A DNA stretch of 40,550 nt. It comes from an uncultured Ruminococcus sp. (GTDB lineage Bacteria; Bacillota; Clostridia; Oscillospirales; Acutalibacteraceae). How positions within the stretch are numbered: position 1 is the stretch's first letter; each line of letters begins with the position of its first letter. The notes below the pieces were generated by a model, which saw only the letters and a program-made list of their open reading frames with translations, was not told where the DNA came from and did not search any database. The position numbers were made by a program, and so were the translations under genes. Shown one piece after another: positions 10,060 to 20,776 of the stretch. Location of the stretch: contig CACXEX010000123.1 of NCBI GenBank assembly GCA_902766775.1, positions 1 through 40,550 of the forward strand, in the 5' to 3' direction.

Positions 10060-10692
10060 TCAGTTGTTGTTCATTCTGTAACAGAGAGTCATAAGACTGT
10101 CGCTGAGATGAACATTTTCTACCAAAGTATCGTTGTAACGAGCATTAATATCGTAATGACTGAAATTCCAGTAATTCTTGATTCCGTGTGAATAAAGCTT
10201 GTCAAGAACATTCTCAACACAAACACGGGGGATACACAAAAACGCTGTATCAATGTGATTCTTATTGCAGAAATCATCAAGTTCGGTTTCGTTTTTAACC
10301 GTGATTCCGTTGATTTTTGTGCCAACTTTCTGTTCGTTGTTATCAAAGCAGGCAATGAGCTCAAAACCGAGTTTTTCAAAATTCATATGCATTGCCACTG
10401 CTTTACCAAGATTACCCGCACCTATAAGGATTGCCTTGTAATCATTGTTAAGTCCCAGAATATTCTTGATTTCCTCTTTCAGCTGACTGACGCTGTAACC
10501 GTAGCCCTGCTGACCAAATCCGCCAAAACAGTTAAGATCCTGTCTTACCTGTGATGCCGTCACATTCATAATCTGCGCAAGCTTTGTTGAAGAAATTTTG
10601 TCAATGTTCTGGTCATTCAGTTCTGATAAAAAGCGGTAATATCTTGGCAAGCGCCTGATAACCGACATTGAAATACTGTCACTCTTAGACAT
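10060..10692 (-). CDS. rex: Redox-sensing transcriptional repressor Rex
   Basis: IRRLPRYYRFL, ASQVRQDLNCFGGFGQQGYGY (winged helix), Rossmann GAGNLG, IKNYWNF and VENVHLSDSL. Confidence 0.96.
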   Translation of the reverse strand: MSKSDSISMSVIRRLPRYYRFLSELNDQNIDKISSTKLAQIMNVTASQVRQDLNCFGGFGQQGYGYSVSQLKEEIKNILGLNNDYKAILIGAGNLGKAVAMHMNFEKLGFELIACFDNNEQKVGTKINGITVKNETELDDFCNKNHIDTAFLCIPRVCVENVLDKLYSHGIKNYWNFSHYDINARYNDTLVENVHLSDSLMTLCYRMNNN

Positions 10693-10720
10693 TACTCACT
10701 ATGCTCCTTTAATCTTAATA

Positions 10721-11929
10721 TCAGAGAGATGCAACAAGGCGTTCATTGATAGCCTTGAGGAAATCTTCTGTGTTTACTTTCTTTTTGTTCTCAAGTGTTG
10801 AAATAGCGTAGAGGTCGCCTGTCATAACGCCGTCCTCAATTGTCTTGATTGTTGCGGCCTCAAGCTTGTCTGCAAACTTCATAAGATCGTCAAGACCGTC
10901 AAGTTCGCCTCTCTTGCGGAGAGCACCCGTCCATGCAAACAATGTTGCAACAGAGTTAGTTGAAGTTTCTTCGCCCTTGAGATACTTGTAGTAGTGGCGC
11001 TGAACTGTGCCGTGAGCAGCCTCGTACTCATAAATGCCATCTGGAGAAACAAGTACGCTTGTCATCATAGCAAGTGAACCGAATGCAGTTGCAATCATAT
11101 CACTCATAACATCGCCGTCATAGTTCTTACAAGCCCACATATAACCGCCTTCACTTCTGATAACTCTTGCAACAGCGTCATCAATAAGTGTGTAGAAGTA
11201 TGTAATACCTGCTTTTTCAAACTTCTCTTTATACTCATTTTCAAAGATTTCGTTAAAGATATCCTTGAATCTGTGGTCGTAAATCTTGCTGATTGTATCC
11301 TTTGTAGCAAACCAAACATCAAGCTTCTGATCAAGTGCATAGTTAAAGCATGAACGGGCAAATGATGCGATACTCTTGTCAATGTTGTGCATACCCTGAA
11401 TGATACCGTCACTCTTGAAATCGAAGATTGTGCTTCTCTCTTCAGTGCCGTCAGGCTTAGTAACACAAAGCTCTGCCTTGCTTCCTGCTTCAACTCTCAT
11501 CTCTGTGTTCTTATAAACATCGCCGTATGCGTGACGAGCAATGCAGATTGGCTTTTTCCATGTTGGAATGTAGGGAACGATACCCTTAACAAGGATCGGG
11601 CTTCTGAATACTGTACCGTCAAGGATAGCACGGATTGTACCGTTAGGTGACTTCCACATACTCTTGAGGTTGTACTCGGTCATTCTTGCAGCATTAGGTG
11701 TAATTGTGGCACACTTAACTGCAACACCGTACTTCTTTGTTGCGTTAGCACTGTCAACAGTAACCTGATCGTCGGTTTCGTTTCTGTGCTCAAGACCGAG
11801 GTCATAGTACTCTGTCTTAAGGTCAACATAATGTGTGATGAGAATATCTTTAATTTCTTTCCAGATGACTCTTGTCATCTCGTCGCCGTCCATCTCTACG
11901 AGAGGAGTGACCATTTTAATTTTTTCCAT
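10721..11929 (-). CDS. icd: Isocitrate dehydrogenase, type II, probably NADP-dependent
   Basis: Start reassigned to the ATG at 11929 (MEKIKM, SD AAGGAG), 1 nt after the aconitase stop. [42 protein letters not shown], and [11 protein letters not shown] (RH pair typical of NADP users). Confidence 0.95.
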   Translation of the reverse strand: MEKIKMVTPLVEMDGDEMTRVIWKEIKDILITHYVDLKTEYYDLGLEHRNETDDQVTVDSANATKKYGVAVKCATITPNAARMTEYNLKSMWKSPNGTIRAILDGTVFRSPILVKGIVPYIPTWKKPICIARHAYGDVYKNTEMRVEAGSKAELCVTKPDGTEERSTIFDFKSDGIIQGMHNIDKSIASFARSCFNYALDQKLDVWFATKDTISKIYDHRFKDIFNEIFENEYKEKFEKAGITYFYTLIDDAVARVIRSEGGYMWACKNYDGDVMSDMIATAFGSLAMMTSVLVSPDGIYEYEAAHGTVQRHYYKYLKGEETSTNSVATLFAWTGALRKRGELDGLDDLMKFADKLEAATIKTIEDGVMTGDLYAISTLENKKKVNTEDFLKAINERLVASL

Positions 11930-11930
11930 A

Positions 11931-13862
11931 TTAGCTGTTCTCCTTTGTGTAGTCAAGCAGACCGCCTGCAATAATAATGTTTCTTGTTCTGTCAGAAAGA
12001 TCACAGTCAGCAACGATTGTATCGCCTGTTGTCTTGTTTACAACAGTAACCTGCTTGCCGTTTGCAATTTCATCTTTAACATTCGGGAGTTCAAGCATAT
12101 CGCCGAGTTTAATCTTATCGTAGTCTTCTGCGTTTACAAATGTAAGCGGAAGAATACCTGCATTGATAAGATTGCTCTTGTGAATTCTTGCAAAGCTCTT
12201 TACGAGTACTGCCTTAACGCCGAGGAAGAGGGGAGCGAGAGCCGCATGCTCACGGGATGAACCCTGACCGTAGTTTTCGCCACCGACAATAATGCTCTTG
12301 CCGAGTGCCTTTGCACGGGCTGGGAATTCCTTGTCGCATACTGTAAAGCAATGCTCGGAAATTTTCGGAATATTTGAACGGAGCGGAAGAATCTTTGCAC
12401 CGGCAGGCATAATGTGGTCGGTTGTAATGTTGTCGCCAACCTTGAGTGAACATGATGCCTCAATAGAGTCTGTGAGCGGATGAGTTTCGGGATAGCTCTT
12501 GATGTTTGGACCACGGAGGATCTCTACGCTGTCCATTTCTTCAACAGGAGCTGGATCAATAACCATATTGTCATTGATAAGGAATTTTTCGGGCATTTCA
12601 ATATCAGCAGCCGCACCGAGACATCTCGGATCTGTGAATACGCCGTTGATTGCTGAAACTGCGGCAGTTTCGGGAGATACAAGGTAAATCTGACCGTCTG
12701 CTGTACCGCTTCTGCCTTCAAAGTTACGGTTGAATGTTCTAAGTGAGATACCGCCGCTGTTAGGTGACTGTCCCATACCGATACACGGACCGCAAGCACT
12801 TTCAAGAATTCTTGCACCTGCCGCAATCATATCACCGAGCGCACCGTTGAGAGCGAGCATATTGAATACCTGCTTTGAACCCGGAGCAATTGCAAGGGAT
12901 ACATTGTCTGCAACCTTTTTGCCTTTGAGAATGTAAGCAACTCTCATAAGGTCGAGATAGCTTGAGTTTGTACATGAACCGATACATACCTGATCAATCT
13001 TCTTGCCTTCAAGTTCTTTGATTGGCTTAACATTATCAGGTGAGTGCGGACAAGCTGCAAGTGGTTCAAGCTCTGAAAGGTTGATTTCGATAACTTCGTC
13101 ATAAACAGCATCGTCATCTGCCTTGAGTTCTGTATAATCTTCCTCACGACCCTGAGCCTTGAGGAACTGTCTTGTTGTTTCATCTGCTGGGAACACAGAA
13201 GTTGTAGCACCGAGTTCTGCACCCATATTTGTGATTGTTGCTCTTTCGGGAACTGTAAGTGTTGCAACACCTTCGCCGCCGTACTCAACAATTTTGCCAA
13301 CGCCGCCCTTAACGCTCATAACACGAAGAACTGCGAGAATAATATCTTTTGCAGAAACCCATGGGCTGAGTTTGCCTGTAAGATTAACTCTTACCATTTT
13401 TGGCATAGTAATATAGTATGCGCCGCCGCCCATTGCAACAGCAACATCAAGACCGCCTGCACCGATTGCAAGCATACCGATACCGCCGCCTGTCGGAGTG
13501 TGGCTGTCAGATCCGATTAAAGTCTTGCCGGGTTTGCCGAATCTTTCAAGGTGTACCTGATGACAAATGCCGTTGCCGGGTCTTGAAAAATAGATACCGT
13601 GCTTTTTACAAACAGACTGAATGAATCTGTGGTCATCGGCGTTCTCAAAACCTGTCTGAAGTGTGTTGTGGTCAATGTAAGCAACGCTTTTTTCTGTTTT
13701 TACTCTCGGAATGCCCATAGCCTCATATTCGATATAAGCCATAGTACCTGTTGCGTCCTGAGTAAGAGTCTGGTCGATTTTAAGACCGATATCACTGCCA
13801 ACGGTCATTTCTCCGCAGACAAGATGATTCTTGATGATTTTCTGCGCAATCGTGTAGCCCAT
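11931..13862 (-). CDS. acn: Aconitate hydratase (clostridial single-chain type)
   Basis: TQDATG, DHN, GICHQ, GSDSHT; Fe-S ligands IGSCTN and ACGPCIG; FNRNFEGR; swivel domain TTDHI...[18 protein letters not shown]. Adjacent to icd. Confidence 0.93.
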   Translation of the reverse strand: MGYTIAQKIIKNHLVCGEMTVGSDIGLKIDQTLTQDATGTMAYIEYEAMGIPRVKTEKSVAYIDHNTLQTGFENADDHRFIQSVCKKHGIYFSRPGNGICHQVHLERFGKPGKTLIGSDSHTPTGGGIGMLAIGAGGLDVAVAMGGGAYYITMPKMVRVNLTGKLSPWVSAKDIILAVLRVMSVKGGVGKIVEYGGEGVATLTVPERATITNMGAELGATTSVFPADETTRQFLKAQGREEDYTELKADDDAVYDEVIEINLSELEPLAACPHSPDNVKPIKELEGKKIDQVCIGSCTNSSYLDLMRVAYILKGKKVADNVSLAIAPGSKQVFNMLALNGALGDMIAAGARILESACGPCIGMGQSPNSGGISLRTFNRNFEGRSGTADGQIYLVSPETAAVSAINGVFTDPRCLGAAADIEMPEKFLINDNMVIDPAPVEEMDSVEILRGPNIKSYPETHPLTDSIEASCSLKVGDNITTDHIMPAGAKILPLRSNIPKISEHCFTVCDKEFPARAKALGKSIIVGGENYGQGSSREHAALAPLFLGVKAVLVKSFARIHKSNLINAGILPLTFVNAEDYDKIKLGDMLELPNVKDEIANGKQVTVVNKTTGDTIVADCDLSDRTRNIIIAGGLLDYTKENS

Positions 13863-13925
13863 AATATTACCTCCTAAAAATTAATGCCTATCATAATTCA
13901 GTCCTGCAAAAAAATGCAAAACACT

Positions 13926-13943
13926 ATGTTAATTATATAACAA
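13926..13943. promoter_or_regulatory. Rex operator overlapping the -10 box of acn-icd-rex
   Basis: ATGTTAATTATATAACAA matches the clostridial Rex consensus TTGTTAA-N4-TTAACAA at 12 of 14 positions. Confidence 0.72.
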
Positions 13944-13960
13944 TCTTGAGATATTGTAAA
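13932..13960 (-). promoter_or_regulatory. SigA promoter of acn-icd-rex
   Basis: Minus strand TTTACA (13960-13955)-N17-TATAAT (13937-13932). Confidence 0.75.
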
Positions 13961-14086
13961 GAAAAAATCGCACGAAATGAGCAAAAATCGTTATTTTTTC
14001 ACTAAAAATTATTTTTTGCAGTTTTCTATCGGAAAAATGTTCAAAAAGTGTCGGATATTAGCATAAAAGGTGATGAAAAATATAAA

Positions 14087-14115
14087 TTGAATTTTGTATA
14101 TTGTAGTGTTATAAT
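14087..14115 (+). promoter_or_regulatory. SigA promoter of typA (extended -10)
   Basis: TTGAAT-N17-TATAAT with TG immediately upstream of the -10 (TGtTATAAT). Confidence 0.7.
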
Positions 14116-14167
14116 AAAAACCGTATGCAATAAGATTTAAGTGATTTTAGCAAAACGAGGTATTTTT

Positions 14168-15988
14168 ATGGATGTAAGAGAGAATTTAAGAAATATTGCA
14201 ATCATCGCCCATGTTGACCACGGTAAAACTACTTTGGTTGACCAGCTTTTAAAGCAGAGCGGTGTTTTCAGAGCAAATGAAAATGTAGAAGAAAGAGTAA
14301 TGGACTCTAACGATCTTGAGCGTGAAAGAGGTATTACAATTCTTTCAAAGCCGACAGCCGTAATGTACAACGGCATCAAAATCAACATTGTTGACACCCC
14401 CGGCCATGCCGATTTCGGCGGTGAGGTTGAGCGTATTCTTCAGATGGTTGACGGCGTTGTATTGCTTGTTGACGCATTTGAGGGTTGTATGCCGCAGACA
14501 AGATTTGTTCTTAAAAAGGCACTCGGCCTTGGCAAAAAGCCGCTTGTTGTTCTTAATAAAATCGACCGCCCCGGTGCAAGACCCGAGGAGGTTGTTGACG
14601 AGGTTCTTGACCTCTTTATCGAACTCGGTGCCGATGAAGATCAGCTTGAGTTCCCTGTAATCTACGCATCAGCCCGTGACGGCTATGCGTCTGAGGATTA
14701 TCACGAACCAGGTACAGATATGAAACCGCTCTTTGACGCGATCATCAGAGAAATCCCTGCTCCACAGGGTGACTTTGACGGTGGACTTCAGCTCCTTATC
14801 TCAAACATTGACTCGGATAAGTTTGTTGGCAGAATCGGTGTAGGCCGTGTTGAAAGAGGTACTGCAAAGAACGGACAGGCTGCTGTTCTCTGCCACACAG
14901 ACGGTACAACACAGAATGTAAGAATTGCAAAGCTCTATCAGTTTGAGGGTCTTAAGAGAGTTGAATGTGACACTGCAACAGTTGGTGACATCGTTTGTGT
15001 AAGCGGCGTTCAGGACATTAACATCGGTGAAACAATCTGTTCAACAGATTGCGTTGAACCGCTCCCGTTCGTAAAGATTGACGAGCCTACCGTTTCAATG
15101 AACTTTATTGTAAATAATTCACCGTTTGCAGGTCGTGAGGGTAAGTATGTAACTTCCCGTAACCTCCGTGACAGACTTTTCAAAGAAATTGAAACAAACG
15201 TTGCTCTTCGTGTTGAAGAAACAGACAGTGCAGATACATTCAAGGTATCGGGCAGAGGTGAGCTCCACCTTTCAATCCTTATCGAAACAATGCGCCGTCA
15301 GAACTACGAATTTCAGGTTTCCCGTCCACAGGTTATCACAAAGATGATTGACGGCAAACTTCACGAGCCTATGGAATTCCTTATCATCGAAGTTCCCGAC
15401 ACATATGTTGGTCCTGTAATGGAAAAACTCGGTTCAAGAAAAGGCGAGCTTATCAATATGGGTACTCGTGAAGGCGGTGTTACTCACATTGAATTCAGAA
15501 TTCCGTCAAGAGGTCTTATGGGTTATCGTCCTGAATTCCTTACAGATACAAACGGTAACGGTATTATGAACCATGTATTTGACGGCTATGAGCCATACAA
15601 GGGCGAAATCGTAACTCGTCATCAGGGTTCACTTATCGCTTTTGAAACAGGCGAAACTGTAACATACGGTCTTTATGCCGCTCAGGAGAGAGGCAGACTC
15701 TTTATCGGACCTGGCGTTCCAGTTTATGAAGGTATGATTGTAGGTGCAAGTCCTAAGTCAGAAGATATCACAGTTAATGTCTGCAAGAAAAAGCACATCA
15801 CAAACACCCGTGCATCTGGTTCTGATGACGCTCTCAAGCTTACACCACCGACAGTTATGTCACTTGAACAGTGCCTTGAATTCATCGCTGATGATGAGCT
15901 TGTTGAGGTTACTCCCGAAAATATCCGTATGCGTAAGCGTATTCTTTCAAAAGAACAGCGTATGAAACAGGCATTCCGTAAGAAATAA
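14168..15988 (+). CDS. typA: Translational GTPase TypA/BipA
   Basis: ATG at 14168 with [70 protein letters not shown] and [14 protein letters not shown]. Confidence 0.97.
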   Translation: MDVRENLRNIAIIAHVDHGKTTLVDQLLKQSGVFRANENVEERVMDSNDLERERGITILSKPTAVMYNGIKINIVDTPGHADFGGEVERILQMVDGVVLLVDAFEGCMPQTRFVLKKALGLGKKPLVVLNKIDRPGARPEEVVDEVLDLFIELGADEDQLEFPVIYASARDGYASEDYHEPGTDMKPLFDAIIREIPAPQGDFDGGLQLLISNIDSDKFVGRIGVGRVERGTAKNGQAAVLCHTDGTTQNVRIAKLYQFEGLKRVECDTATVGDIVCVSGVQDINIGETICSTDCVEPLPFVKIDEPTVSMNFIVNNSPFAGREGKYVTSRNLRDRLFKEIETNVALRVEETDSADTFKVSGRGELHLSILIETMRRQNYEFQVSRPQVITKMIDGKLHEPMEFLIIEVPDTYVGPVMEKLGSRKGELINMGTREGGVTHIEFRIPSRGLMGYRPEFLTDTNGNGIMNHVFDGYEPYKGEIVTRHQGSLIAFETGETVTYGLYAAQERGRLFIGPGVPVYEGMIVGASPKSEDITVNVCKKKHITNTRASGSDDALKLTPPTVMSLEQCLEFIADDELVEVTPENIRMRKRILSKEQRMKQAFRKK

Positions 15989-15996
15989 TTAAAACA

Positions 15997-16887
15997 ATGA
16001 GTTATGTAATTCTTGACCTTGAATGGAACGGTTCATACAGCAAGGTTCTGCACAAATTTGTCAATGAAATAATTGAAATCGGTGCGGTTAAGCTTGATGA
16101 TGAACTGAATGTATGTGATACCTTTACAATGCTTGTTGCCCCGAAAATCGGCAAGAAGCTTTGCAGTAAGGTAAAACAGCTTACTAAAATAACAAACGAA
16201 GAGTTGAAGGATGAGGGCGTCAGCTTTATCAAAGCAATCAGTCTGTTCTCCGAATTTTTGGGTGACGGTGTGCTTATGACCTGGAGCGACTCCGACCTTC
16301 ACGCTCTTATTGAAAATTACAGCTACTATACAGGCAGAACAAGGCTCCCGTTCCTTACACGCTATTGCAATTTGCAAAGCTATTGTGAAGATTGTCTTGA
16401 TTTGCACGATTCATCGTGTCAGCTGGGACTCGGTGCTTGTGCCGAAATGGCAGGTGTTGATTTTTCGGAAGATGATCAGCACAGAGCGCTTGCCGATGTG
16501 TATCTCACATTGGAGTGTATGAAGGCTTTTTACGGTAAGTATCCGTTAAAGCCGTACATTAAGGACGCTGTTTGTGACGAGTTTTATGACAGACTTCTGT
16601 TCAAAAATCATTTTGTCACAGACATTAACAGTCCCGATGTTGACAAAAGCGTTATGCATTTCGATTGCGAAGATTGCGGAAAACCGCTTGTTCAGCTTTC
16701 AAAGTGGCGACTTCACAACAAGTGCTTTACCGCCGAATTTTCCTGTAAATCTTGCAGAAAAAAATTTAACGGCAGAGTATCTTTTAAAAAGAAGTTTGAC
16801 GGTGTTTCGGTAAAGAAAAAGCTCAACGAAAAGGTTGAAAAGAAACCCGAAACAAAAGAACAGGTCAACACTGTTTCGGCAAACTGA
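15997..16887 (+). CDS. DEDDh 3'-5' exonuclease (KapD/ERI-1-like) with C-terminal Cys4 zinc ribbon
   Basis: ILDLEWN, EIIEIGAVK, TWSDSD and HRALAD; C-terminal CEDC...CKSC. Starts 8 nt after typA. Confidence 0.85.
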   Translation: MSYVILDLEWNGSYSKVLHKFVNEIIEIGAVKLDDELNVCDTFTMLVAPKIGKKLCSKVKQLTKITNEELKDEGVSFIKAISLFSEFLGDGVLMTWSDSDLHALIENYSYYTGRTRLPFLTRYCNLQSYCEDCLDLHDSSCQLGLGACAEMAGVDFSEDDQHRALADVYLTLECMKAFYGKYPLKPYIKDAVCDEFYDRLLFKNHFVTDINSPDVDKSVMHFDCEDCGKPLVQLSKWRLHNKCFTAEFSCKSCRKKFNGRVSFKKKFDGVSVKKKLNEKVEKKPETKEQVNTVSAN

Positions 16888-16921
16888 GTGAATGTATTGT
16901 ATATTAAACATTATATTATAT

Positions 16922-16954
16922 AGGGCAGAGCGTTATGTTCTGCCCTTTGTTTTT
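16922..16954 (+). terminator. Intrinsic terminator after typA-exonuclease
   Basis: AGGGCAGAGC-GTTAT-GTTCTGCCCT followed by TTGTTTTT. Confidence 0.8.
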
Positions 16955-17175
16955 GAAGTATAAAATATCGTAATTTAGCATATTCAAAGCCGTATTTTCG
17001 GTTTCTCATAATACACACCAAGTTTTCACATATTATTTTCACGGTTTCAACATTAATTCAGCCGTATTTCATATACTTTTCACTTTGGGGCTTTATTATA
17101 TCTACAACATCAAAAAACAACACCGACATTCGATGAGGTCTTTTGAAAATATAACTTATAATCGGAGGTACAGTT

Positions 17176-18894
17176 ATGAACGATAACTTTGAAAAGAATA
17201 ACAACAGTTATGACGGCTATTCGTCAGAAAATAATACTGCTGAAAACAGCTATCAGGATATTCATTCATCATCAGATTCACAGTCTGCATCAAGCACAGA
17301 AAACACAGAAAGCTCTTATGAATGGAACACAAATTCGACATCAAGCGTAAATTCGGGTGAGTACCGTCATTCATATATAAACGGTAACAACGAGAACGCA
17401 TCACACAACCCTAACCGTTATGAAAGTGCTTATTCGTCAAACACAACATCGGGTACATCTTCACAGAACTACTCGTCAAATTCATACGGTTCACAGTATT
17501 CGTCAAATCCGTATTCTTCACAGCAGTCACAGCAGACTAACAACTATTCATACGGCAATCAGACACAGAACCCATACGGCACACAGTCGGGTTCTCCGTA
17601 TGCAAATCAACAGTATTCTGCTCCAAAGGCAAAGAAAGCTAAAGTTAAAAAGCCTAAAAAGCCGAAGAAACCCGCATCAAAGAGCTTTGTAGCAGCAATG
17701 CTCGTAGCAGCAATCATCCTCGGCGGCGGTGCAGGATTCGGTGGCAGTATGCTCGCATCAACACTTAACAACAACTCTTCTTCAAGTGTAAACATCAAGC
17801 AGGCATCTGCAAACAGCACTTCAACAACAAGCAATGCTGCTCTCAGCGGAACAACTTCTGAAATCGTTAAGAAAACAGCTGACAGCGTAGTTGAAATCGC
17901 TACCGAAAGCGTTGTAACAGGCGGCTTTGCTCAGCAGTATGTGCAGCAGGGTGCAGGTTCAGGTGTTATCATTTCAGATGACGGTTACATCATCACAAAC
18001 TACCATGTAATCGAGGGTGCAGAAAATATCACAGTAACACTCCGTGACGGCACAACCTCATACAAGGCAAAGGTAATCGGCAGTGACGAGGACAATGATA
18101 TTGCTCTTCTTAAGATTGATGCAAAGGGTCTTTCAGCTGCAACAATGGGCAACAGCTCCGATCTTGCAGTTGGTGACTATGTCGTTGCAATCGGTAACCC
18201 ACTCGGACAGCTTGGCGGTACTGTAACAGATGGTATCATCAGTGCACTTGCTCGTCAGGTAACAGTTGAGGGCAAGAGTATGACACTTCTCCAGCACAAC
18301 GCTCAGATCAGCCCAGGTAACTCAGGCGGTGGTCTCTTCAACGCTAACGGTGAACTTATCGGTATTGTAAACGCAAAGGATAGTGCAACAGAAGTTGAAG
18401 GTATTGCATTTGCTATCCCGATTAACAATGTTCTTGATATTATAGATGACCTTAAAACTTACGGCTATGTTAAGGGTAAGGTTGACCTTGGTATGGAACT
18501 TACAGATATCACATCTGATGATTCCGCATTCTACTATGGACTCAGCAACACAGGCTGTTATGTTCTTTCAGTAACAAGCGGTTCTAATGCTGAAAAAGCA
18601 GGATTTATGAGAGGCGATATGATTACCGCAGTAAACGGTACAAGTGTTTCGTCAAAATCAGATATTGAAACAGCTCTCAAAGATTCAAAGGTAGGCGACA
18701 CAGTAACATTTACCGTTACAAGAAGCGGTAAGACTGCAAACCTCAAACTCACTCTTGCAGAATATTCACCGAGCAGCAGTTCTTCTTCAACAAGCAACTC
18801 AAGCACACAGAGCAAGTCATCATCGCAGTCACAGAGCAAAAGCTCCGATAACAGCGACAGCGACTCAATCTGGAACTATATGTTCGGTCAATAA
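17176..18894 (+). CDS. htrA: HtrA/DegP-family membrane serine protease (low-complexity N-terminus, TM helix, trypsin domain, PDZ)
   Basis: SD GGAGG. GSGVII, TNYHV (His), DIALLKI (Asp), AIGNPLG, ISPGNSGG (Ser), PDZ AEKAG...GDMITAVNG, and a Ser-rich tail. Confidence 0.93.
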   Translation: MNDNFEKNNNSYDGYSSENNTAENSYQDIHSSSDSQSASSTENTESSYEWNTNSTSSVNSGEYRHSYINGNNENASHNPNRYESAYSSNTTSGTSSQNYSSNSYGSQYSSNPYSSQQSQQTNNYSYGNQTQNPYGTQSGSPYANQQYSAPKAKKAKVKKPKKPKKPASKSFVAAMLVAAIILGGGAGFGGSMLASTLNNNSSSSVNIKQASANSTSTTSNAALSGTTSEIVKKTADSVVEIATESVVTGGFAQQYVQQGAGSGVIISDDGYIITNYHVIEGAENITVTLRDGTTSYKAKVIGSDEDNDIALLKIDAKGLSAATMGNSSDLAVGDYVVAIGNPLGQLGGTVTDGIISALARQVTVEGKSMTLLQHNAQISPGNSGGGLFNANGELIGIVNAKDSATEVEGIAFAIPINNVLDIIDDLKTYGYVKGKVDLGMELTDITSDDSAFYYGLSNTGCYVLSVTSGSNAEKAGFMRGDMITAVNGTSVSSKSDIETALKDSKVGDTVTFTVTRSGKTANLKLTLAEYSPSSSSSSTSNSSTQSKSSSQSQSKSSDNSDSDSIWNYMFGQ

Positions 18895-18968
18895 TAGCCA
18901 ACAAGCTTTTTAGCTTTTTATATAAATATTCATACAGCCAAAGCTGTACACAAACCTCTCTCTTAACG

Positions 18969-19010
18969 AACAAAGCTCCGTAATCACACGGAGCTTTGTT
19001 TATTTATTTT
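18969..19010 (+). terminator. Intrinsic terminator of htrA
   Basis: AACAAAGCTCCGT / ACGGAGCTTTGTT followed by a T-rich run. Confidence 0.8.
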
Positions 19011-19026
19011 AAATTTAATTTTCAAG

Positions 19027-19066
19027 AAAAGAAAAAAGAACCGTGTTGTAAAAATCACGGTTCTTT
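19027..19066 (-). terminator. Intrinsic terminator of murC
   Basis: AAAGAACCGTG (19035-19045) / CACGGTTCTTT (19056-19066). The upstream A-rich run provides the minus-strand U-tract. Confidence 0.75.
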
Positions 19067-19080
19067 GCTTTGTTTAAAAC

Positions 19081-20478
19081 TTATTTGTTTTCTTCTTTAT
19101 TTTCTTCCATATATTTAAGCTGTTTGTAAATCATATTTGCACACATATATACATTACCGCCGCCCATTGTAAGAATGAGGTCGCCCTCTTTTGCATTTTT
19201 GCAAACATAGTCTGTAATTTCTTCAAATGTGTCAAGACATACAGAACCGGGAACTTTTGCACCGAGGTCTGTTGAGTAGATGTTATATGTGTTAGTTTCA
19301 CGAACAGGGAGAATAGCCGAAATAATTGCCTGATCGGGAATCTTAAGAGCCTCTGCAAAATCGTCAAGGAGCATAGCTGTTCTTGAGAATGTGTGCGGCT
19401 GGAATATTGCCCATACCTTGTTAAAGCCCATTTTCATTGCTGCATTGAGTGTTGCTGTAAGTTCTGTGGGATGATGAGCAAAGTCATCGGCAACAGTAAT
19501 TCCGTCAGGTGTGCCGAGAATTTCAAATCTTCTGTGAACACCGCCGAATTTGTGGAGATTTTCGGAAATCTCCTTCGGAGTAGCACCAAGATAATGTGCA
19601 GTAGCCGCAGCGGCGAGTGCGTTATAGATGTTGTGCTTTCCGGGAACAATAAGCTTAATCTGCGTCAGTTTCTCACCCTTGTAGTAAAGGTCAAACTGCT
19701 CGTGAACACCCTTGTCGGCACTGATGTTTTCTGCTCTGTAATCGCAGTTCTCACCAAAACCGTAGGTGATTTTTTCAATCTCAACATCATTTACGGCATC
19801 AAGAGTGTTTTTATCGTCACCGTTGATAACAAGCAAACCAGTTGTCTGATGAGCAAATTTGTTGAATGACTTCTTGATGTTGTCAAGATTTTTGAAGTAG
19901 TCAAGATGATCTGCGTCAATATTAAGAATAATTGAAATATACGGATTGAGCTGTAAGAATGTGTCAACATACTCGCAAGCCTCACAAACGATTATATCGC
20001 TGTGACCTACATAGCTGTTGCCGCCGATGAACGGTAATTTGCCGCCGATAATAGCTGAAGGGTCAAAGCCACTGCCGATAAGCACCTGTGAGAGCATAGC
20101 AGTTGTAGTTGTCTTGCCGTGAGTACCCGAAACGGCAATGCTTCTTCTGTATCTTCTTGTAACGATACCGAGCATTACACTTCTTTCAATGCAGGGAATA
20201 CCAAGTTCCTTTGCAGCCTGTCTTTCGGGGTTGTTTTCCTTGATAGCCGCCGAGTAAACAACAAGCTCAGCACCCTTAACATTTTCTGCTGCGTGTCCCA
20301 TAAATACGGGAATACCGTAACCTTTGATTCTGTCAAGAGTTTCACCCTCGTTCATATCCGAACCTGTAAGTTCGTAACCCTCGTGGTGAAGAATCTCAGC
20401 CAACGGACACATTCCACTGCCGCCGATACCGATAAAATGTATTCTTTTTATGTTATCCATAAGACTGTCGTAATTCAC
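19081..20478 (-). CDS. murC: UDP-N-acetylmuramate--L-alanine ligase
   Basis: IHFIGIGGSGM, GSD, YSAAI, SGTHGKTTTT, EACEY, NIDADHLD, GVHRRFE, DDFAHHPTE and FQPHTFSRT. GTG at 20478 is preferred (GGAG 9 nt upstream); the alternative is ATG at 20493. Confidence 0.95.
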   Translation of the reverse strand: MNYDSLMDNIKRIHFIGIGGSGMCPLAEILHHEGYELTGSDMNEGETLDRIKGYGIPVFMGHAAENVKGAELVVYSAAIKENNPERQAAKELGIPCIERSVMLGIVTRRYRRSIAVSGTHGKTTTTAMLSQVLIGSGFDPSAIIGGKLPFIGGNSYVGHSDIIVCEACEYVDTFLQLNPYISIILNIDADHLDYFKNLDNIKKSFNKFAHQTTGLLVINGDDKNTLDAVNDVEIEKITYGFGENCDYRAENISADKGVHEQFDLYYKGEKLTQIKLIVPGKHNIYNALAAAATAHYLGATPKEISENLHKFGGVHRRFEILGTPDGITVADDFAHHPTELTATLNAAMKMGFNKVWAIFQPHTFSRTAMLLDDFAEALKIPDQAIISAILPVRETNTYNIYSTDLGAKVPGSVCLDTFEEITDYVCKNAKEGDLILTMGGGNVYMCANMIYKQLKYMEENKEENK

Positions 20479-20696
20479 AATAGTCCACTCCATTCCTGAT
20501 ATGTATATTTGTCTGTCTGAAAAATCATTCCGTTTTACTTATATCAAAATCGGAACACGCATTGCATTGCCTACAAAGAACAACGCACACGACAGATTGC
20601 AACATTTATATTATAAGACGAATGAACAAAAAAATAAATACCTAATTTGATATTTGTGCAATTTTTGTGTATTGTACGGATACTGTGTTTTAATTG

Positions 20697-20725
20697 TTGC
20701 CAAATTGTAGAGTAAATGCTAAAAT
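20697..20725 (+). promoter_or_regulatory. SigA promoter of the rlmD operon
   Basis: TTGCCA-N17-TAAAAT with TG extension. Confidence 0.65.
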
Positions 20726-20776
20726 AAAGGGGAATAGATGATAATTAAAAATACACATAAATGGCAGAGTGATAAA

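Noticed and set aside
11930-12013. N-terminal extensions of ORF-track calls (icd here; likewise 26293, 32308, 32553, 14141 and 25395)
   Set aside because: Downstream ATGs have proper SD spacing and match where the protein families normally start.
11931-13862. Isopropylmalate isomerase or homoaconitase
   Set aside because: The single-chain length and coupling to an isocitrate dehydrogenase favour aconitase.
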